From assembly GCA_044229845.1 (NCBI GenBank), contig JBGASG010000001.1, positions 960,001 to 1,024,000 of the forward strand: a stretch of DNA of 64,000 nt. The letters run 5' to 3'. The notes beneath the pieces were generated by a model, which ran no database searches, was not told the origin of the DNA, and worked only from the letters and a program-made list of their open reading frames with translations. Positions 58,982 through 64,000 of the stretch are shown in pieces (the first letter of the stretch is position 1; every line of letters begins with the position of its first letter). This stretch comes from Candidatus Obscuribacteraceae bacterium. GTDB lineage: Bacteria; Cyanobacteriota; Vampirovibrionia; Obscuribacterales; Obscuribacteraceae. A program made the position numbers and the translations under genes.

Positions 58982-59974
58982 ATGGGAATCAAAATAATGC
59001 GCCGTTTCCTCCTGCCCCTTTTGTCGGCCCTGTTTGTCGCTGCGCCGCTGGCGTTGGTGCCCTCTGCACCGTGCTATGCCGAGACAGTGAAAAGTCAGTT
59101 CTCTGTACCAAGCAATCAGGCAGGCATCGATATACCGGCGCGCAGCTGGATTGATAATTCCGCTGCACCGAGGGTGGTGCTGCTCTGCGTGCACGGGCTG
59201 GGATTGAACAGCGATTCTTACGACGACTTTGCCCGCCGCGTGGCACCTAAAGGTATTGCTGTGTACGGCATGGATGTGCGGGGCTTCGGCGAGTGGCAGA
59301 AGGAAAAGGGACACACCAAGCTCAACTTCCCGCAAACCATCGATGATGTCGCCACGATGTTGAAGTATGTGCGTGAGAAAAATCCGGGACTGCCTGTGTT
59401 TTTGCTTGGTGAATCGATGGGCGGTGCGATTGCATTGCGCACGACGGCGCTGCACGGCGATCTGATGACCGGAACGGTTTCGTCGGTGCCGGCCAATGAA
59501 CGCTTTCAGCAGAAAATCACCGACGTGAAAGTGGCACTGCATGCCCTCGAAGGACTGAAGAAGAAGTTTGACGAAGGACAGCAGGTGATCGATCAAGCGA
59601 CAAAAAATCCGATGGAGCGGGAAGGCTGGAAAACCGATCCGCTGGATCGCTTGAATTTTTCACCGGTCGACTTGCTGCAGTTTCAAATATTCTGCAATGA
59701 AAACCACGAAGACGCGAAGCTGATTACGAAGACGCCGATCTGCGTTTTTCAAGGTGGTTCTGATACCTTGATCAAGCCGGAAGGGACGGAGCATCTTTTC
59801 ACGCAGATCGCGGTCAAGGACAAAATTATGATCGTCCTTGGTTATTCCGAACATTTGATGTTTGAAGAAACCCAATACATGGATCCCCGTCAGGCGATCG
59901 ATCATCTGATGGCGTGGATAGAGGATCACCTGCATGGTCAGCATACGGACGAGAAAACAAACGACGGCGACTAG
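58982..59974 (+). CDS. Secreted alpha/beta hydrolase (lysophospholipase-like)
   Basis: VHGLG, DVRGFG, GESMGG, QGGSD and EHL motifs. Confidence 0.88.
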   Translation: MGIKIMRRFLLPLLSALFVAAPLALVPSAPCYAETVKSQFSVPSNQAGIDIPARSWIDNSAAPRVVLLCVHGLGLNSDSYDDFARRVAPKGIAVYGMDVRGFGEWQKEKGHTKLNFPQTIDDVATMLKYVREKNPGLPVFLLGESMGGAIALRTTALHGDLMTGTVSSVPANERFQQKITDVKVALHALEGLKKKFDEGQQVIDQATKNPMEREGWKTDPLDRLNFSPVDLLQFQIFCNENHEDAKLITKTPICVFQGGSDTLIKPEGTEHLFTQIAVKDKIMIVLGYSEHLMFEETQYMDPRQAIDHLMAWIEDHLHGQHTDEKTNDGD

Positions 59975-59985
59975 TCTAGCCGCGG

Positions 59986-61188
59986 CTATTTTGCCGAAGG
60001 GTCGGCGATGTGTCCGACGAAGAGCAGTGTGTCGGTTTTGCTGTCGCGTAACGCGATGAAGTAGGGGCGATCAACAATCATGTTGAAGGGTTGCTCAGGC
60101 ATATGCATGGTTGCCGTTTTCATCATGCCGACGGAAGTTACAGCCGCGGCTTCGGTGCCTTCTTCGTTTACTTCCATGTAGGTCTTGTGCAGCACTTCAC
60201 TGATGCACGGATGCTCTGTTGAGTTCATGTCGGTGAAGTCGGCATTCTTTCGCGAGAATGCAACTTGCATGCCCATAGCCGAAAGCGGTGCCTTGAGTTT
60301 CATGTCGTCCGAGATGAGAAATTTCGGCATCGAGAGATTTCCTTCCTTGAAGCGAAATTGTCCCTTCCACTTACTCCAGGTCGTATCATTCAGTTGAGCT
60401 TCGAATGCATCGAGGGTTGTAGATTCTTTTGGCAGAAAGACATACATGCTGAGCCGCTTGTCTGCATAACCGAGATTGATCGCCTGGAAATCTGATGTTT
60501 CGAAGTATCGAAAATCGCTGCGGTGCATGTTCATCATCGGCATGTCTTTGCTTTGACCGCCGGCAAGGTGAAATGCTCGGGGTTGGGTGGCGTTCTTATC
60601 GAATTTGTTTTCCCAATTGCCTTTGAAATAGATGGCATTCACCAGGTAGAGGATAGCGTCGTCGGGAATTTTGTCCACGATCCGGGTAATCTTGCCGTGT
60701 GTGCTTTCAGAAACGAAGTTGTTGATTGCACCCGGACTCGATGGTGCCTTGAAGTCGAGCGCAGTAACACCGGCATTGAAGTACTGTTTGTTGGCGTTCA
60801 GAAACTGATCTTTGAATTTGATTTCCTTATCGGCAAAAAGCGCGTTGGCGATTGCTAGTTGGGTGTTAGCGCCAGGATTTTGCAGACTGTCCCGGACTTC
60901 TTTGCAGTGTGTCCCGATGTCAGCTTCGGTTCCCGTGAGATTAAGCACATCGCCCATGGCAGTTTTAGTGCCGCCGGCGGCACCCAGGTAGGTCATGGTG
61001 AGGGCGGTGGAGATGCTGTATGGAGAGATGAGCACGTTTTCGGTGCTGCGTCCTTTTGCCACCTCTTTGAAGATCTTGAGCGGAAAACTGGAGGTAACCG
61101 CTGTGGGTTGCGTGCCGGCAGCTTGCATTGCAGATGCTGCCCCCAGAACAGCGGTCAAAGCAATAGCCAGTGGGCGAGCGAGTTTCAT
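59986..61188 (-). CDS. Secreted serpin
   Basis: NVLISPYSI, LVNAIYFKGNW...F, hinge VNEEGTEAAAVT and VDRPYF motifs; signal peptide. Confidence 0.96.
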   Translation of the reverse strand: MKLARPLAIALTAVLGAASAMQAAGTQPTAVTSSFPLKIFKEVAKGRSTENVLISPYSISTALTMTYLGAAGGTKTAMGDVLNLTGTEADIGTHCKEVRDSLQNPGANTQLAIANALFADKEIKFKDQFLNANKQYFNAGVTALDFKAPSSPGAINNFVSESTHGKITRIVDKIPDDAILYLVNAIYFKGNWENKFDKNATQPRAFHLAGGQSKDMPMMNMHRSDFRYFETSDFQAINLGYADKRLSMYVFLPKESTTLDAFEAQLNDTTWSKWKGQFRFKEGNLSMPKFLISDDMKLKAPLSAMGMQVAFSRKNADFTDMNSTEHPCISEVLHKTYMEVNEEGTEAAAVTSVGMMKTATMHMPEQPFNMIVDRPYFIALRDSKTDTLLFVGHIADPSAK

Positions 61189-61294
61189 TGCCAATCTCCG
61201 TAATTTGTCAGCCAAGAGCCAAAGGTCGCCAATAGCGCTAATTGTACGCCGTGGAAGTCGGCCTTAGTCCCGGGTTTTTACTGGCGTGTATTTA

Positions 61295-63424
61295 CTACTT
61301 GGACTCTGCGAGGGGGTAGAACGCAGACATATGCAACTGTTTCTCTTTGATTCCGGCTAACTTCTTGAAAGTGGAACTGGTTTTTTGTTCGCCTTTTTGA
61401 TCTAAGAATTTTGAGCACGCGTTCAAGGCGACAGCCGCTTCGCGCGAAGGACCGCAGATGTAATGAGCCAGCTTGCATGTCGCGACTGCATCTCTATAAA
61501 ACTGCTCAGCGTGAGGCTCATCACGCATCTGCTCGGACATCTTTGCGGATGAAACGAGAGTAGCAGCTAGCTGCCACGCATATAATCCAGGTTTGGTCTG
61601 ATAGCTGTCGATCGCCAATTGATTCATTTCCATTGCTTTCGGAAGATTATTTTGCTTTCGATAGATGTTTGCAGCTTGTGTGGCCGCCAACGCAAGCTCA
61701 CCCACTGCATTGGGTTTGCCGGAGCATATTTTTATGGCTTGATCGAGATCAGATAAAGCCTGGGAATCGGAATCGAGCAAATTAGCATGCGCGATCAGAA
61801 GGACCGCGTAGGAAACCCATTGAGTTCCCTTAGCCTTCTTCCAGCGTTGCATGCATGCATCAAGTTTGGTCCGGGCAGTTTCAGTATCGCCTTGCTCAAC
61901 GTACATCTGCGAAGTTTCTGCTTCGATAATAGCTTCTGGAAACGACTGATTGCTTTCTTCTGCTTTGACTATTTTCAAGGCGTTTTTCATGTCCTGCCTT
62001 GCTGCCTCGAAATCGGTTGCCGATGCAGCAGCCAGTTCCAGCCAACCATGACCGCGCAGGTGGAAGGATTTGCTGTCTTTGCACTCTTCGTCGGGAAGTG
62101 CGGAGGTGGCTTTGCGAAAGTCAGCCAGTGCAGTTTTGGTCTGCCCCAATTCAAAGTGTACGAGACCCAGCTCTTCCCATGCCGACGCTGTGAGCCCAGC
62201 GTACTTTTTACTGTCGGGTATTTCGGCGAGACATCTCTGGTAAAGCTGGATAGACTCAGGAAATCGTTCTGCCGCATACATGTGCCTGGCTTCGAACAAT
62301 GTCACCTGCGGCGCCGCTACGACCTGGCTAACGTCCATGCTGATACCGGGGAGAAGCTTTACAGCAATCAAGCCCGGATCTTTTTCTGGTAGCCACGACC
62401 GTGCTTTTTGCATCAACTGGGCGGCGGCCGCGAAGTCACCTTGAAAAACGCGGGTGTTAGCCGCGTGGATGAGTGCCATGGTTACATAAGGATCCCTGGT
62501 AATTCCTTTTTTGCGCAGGGCCGCTATGCGCCTGTCAGCCGCACTGACAACGCACTCTTCGGCTTCCTGGTATCTGCCTTTTTCGAGGAGCTTGGTCGCG
62601 AGGGCCATAGTGCAAAACAAGTGCCGACTGTCATCGGCTTCAAAGTGAGAGCTGACATCAGCGGCACTACTCCGCACTTGTTCGCTGGTTTGACTTTCGA
62701 CGAGGCCGTCCTGAATGAACTGCGGAAGCAATATTAGCCAGGCAACTTCAAACGGACGCCAGATGAGAGGCGCTACCAAAGATAGTGCAAGTGCCATGGA
62801 CACGATGCACTGGTTGAGCTTTCTTCTGTGAATCTTTGAGAGCGCGGTCGGATCTGTCTCGGTCAAGGACAAGATGATGTTTTCTTTTTGCAGCGCCAGT
62901 GGTTGTGTGGTTGTTGGTCCCAGAAAAAGCATCACTTGAGTTGAGCCATTGGCAGCGATTGTTTTGAAGCCTTTTCCACGCGCGGTGAAGAGTCTCTCTT
63001 CATCTGGTGCGGCATCGGCTGAGATCGCGGAAGCGGCTATTTTGATCAGCGGTACGCGTGTCGGCCAGGCGCCATCAAATTCCGCCGTGACTTCGCATGA
63101 GCGAGCGTGCACAATCTGTTCCAAGGCCGATACTTCTTTGATCCGAAACAGATGGTTCCAGAATATGTAAGTGAGAAACGCGCCAGTGAGCACCAATGGC
63201 AAGACCGGATAAAGGAACAGCGTTGGAGCGAGGTGAAGGGTATTTCTAGTTAACGGCGGCAGAACGATGAGCAACAGGCATAGAAACAGGGCCAACACGA
63301 AAAATGCAAACATGGCGACTGCGGTCAGTCCCAGAATCAAGACATACCTGCGCCGCGCAACGGCTATGATTGACTTCGTCGTTGATTGCTTAAACGAAGC
63401 GTTGCTTTTTGAGTTCGGCATCAT
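61295..63424 (-). CDS. Membrane-anchored TPR-repeat protein
   Basis: Three to four N-terminal hydrophobic segments followed by degenerate TPRs. Start set at ATG 63424 because further upstream the frame overlaps the macrodomain gene. Confidence 0.7.
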   Translation of the reverse strand: MMPNSKSNASFKQSTTKSIIAVARRRYVLILGLTAVAMFAFFVLALFLCLLLIVLPPLTRNTLHLAPTLFLYPVLPLVLTGAFLTYIFWNHLFRIKEVSALEQIVHARSCEVTAEFDGAWPTRVPLIKIAASAISADAAPDEERLFTARGKGFKTIAANGSTQVMLFLGPTTTQPLALQKENIILSLTETDPTALSKIHRRKLNQCIVSMALALSLVAPLIWRPFEVAWLILLPQFIQDGLVESQTSEQVRSSAADVSSHFEADDSRHLFCTMALATKLLEKGRYQEAEECVVSAADRRIAALRKKGITRDPYVTMALIHAANTRVFQGDFAAAAQLMQKARSWLPEKDPGLIAVKLLPGISMDVSQVVAAPQVTLFEARHMYAAERFPESIQLYQRCLAEIPDSKKYAGLTASAWEELGLVHFELGQTKTALADFRKATSALPDEECKDSKSFHLRGHGWLELAAASATDFEAARQDMKNALKIVKAEESNQSFPEAIIEAETSQMYVEQGDTETARTKLDACMQRWKKAKGTQWVSYAVLLIAHANLLDSDSQALSDLDQAIKICSGKPNAVGELALAATQAANIYRKQNNLPKAMEMNQLAIDSYQTKPGLYAWQLAATLVSSAKMSEQMRDEPHAEQFYRDAVATCKLAHYICGPSREAAVALNACSKFLDQKGEQKTSSTFKKLAGIKEKQLHMSAFYPLAESK

Positions 63425-63998
63425 GAGCGCTGGCGGCTTCGACCGTGGCGAAGTTGGGCAATTGCCCCAGGACGATCTGGCAGTAGGCTTCGTACATTTG
63501 GAAGGCGGCAGTGGCCGGAGGCAGCCCGGTGCCCTGACCGAGATCGCCGAATGCCACGGAATCCAAACCCTCGGCACCGCGATGGCGGTCGGCTTCGCGA
63601 ATGTATGCTGCCACCGCTCGCAGTGCGGCGCGCGTCGCCAGGTAGGCATTCAATCCCGGGTTAGTCATGCGCAAGGGCACGCGTGTCGTCGGCGTGAGCA
63701 CAACGATGCGTGGACTGTCGATGCCACTGGTCATCACTTCAGCGTTGCCGACAGGCAGTTCGCCGGAGTACTTTTCAGTGATGATTTTTCGCGCTCGCGA
63801 TTCTAAGAGTCCGTCGGTTTTCTTATTCAGGTCTTCCGACAGCCCTTCTTCCATGATGCCGAAACTGTTTATCGGCAACACGACCGCCGACACGTCGAGT
63901 TCGAGAACGCTCTTGTCTTCGACTTTGACTCTGCCTGCGCGGTCGAAGAAGGACCGCCAGGCTTTGATGACATCGGGGTTGGTATCGGCTAGATAGAC
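63390..63998 (-). CDS. Macro domain (Appr-1-p processing-like) protein; 5'-partial
   Basis: Frame open to the window end: VYLADTNPDVIKAW..F...AVVLPINSFGIM...GELPVG.A...PTTRVP...NAYLATRAAL...GDLGQGTG...AAFQM..AY. Confidence 0.8.
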   Translation of the reverse strand, partial: VYLADTNPDVIKAWRSFFDRAGRVKVEDKSVLELDVSAVVLPINSFGIMEEGLSEDLNKKTDGLLESRARKIITEKYSGELPVGNAEVMTSGIDSPRIVVLTPTTRVPLRMTNPGLNAYLATRAALRAVAAYIREADRHRGAEGLDSVAFGDLGQGTGLPPATAAFQMYEAYCQIVLGQLPNFATVEAASAHDAELKKQRFV

Positions 63999-64000
63999 GT

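Noticed and set aside
63425..63649. N-terminal extension of the TPR protein ORF
   Set aside because: It lies within the macrodomain gene in another reading frame.

Overview
A 64-kb, GC-rich bacterial chromosomal segment, mostly housekeeping genes with interspersed accessory genes. It carries several genes typical of the cyanobacterial lineage (ictB, DUF4330, HAS-barrel protein, long-form hflX, GHL10 hydrolase) but no photosynthesis genes, plus many secreted hypothetical proteins. This suggests a non-photosynthetic relative such as Vampirovibrionia/Obscuribacterales (inference only). Recognisable genes: smpB, rpsL, rpsG, fusA, mnmH/selU, icd, fmt, rsmB, hflX, glcD-like, tatD, tetR-emrAB, a short non-discriminating aspS, dprA, a serpin, a DUF1800/DUF1501 pair, tRNA-Val(GAC) and tRNA-Cys(GCA). 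No transposase, integrase, phage gene or CRISPR-Cas system was seen. The best finding is an apparent ribosome-mediated transcription attenuator upstream of the non-discriminating aspS: a probably leaderless 43-codon peptide with an Asn/Asp-rich control tract (NANNNDADNND) overlapping mutually exclusive antiterminator and terminator hairpins. Other notable items: a likely 6S RNA lying antisense between rpsG and fusA in a str locus lacking tuf; an orphan structured RNA candidate downstream of ictB; five 18-bp palindromes spaced 31-32 bp apart; a ~110-bp dispersed inverted-repeat element in two copies; two cryptic papain/calpain-like peptidases, one near a serpin; an htrA with an internal deletion; and a degenerate macrodomain. 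All calls come from reading the sequence by eye; no database searches were run.
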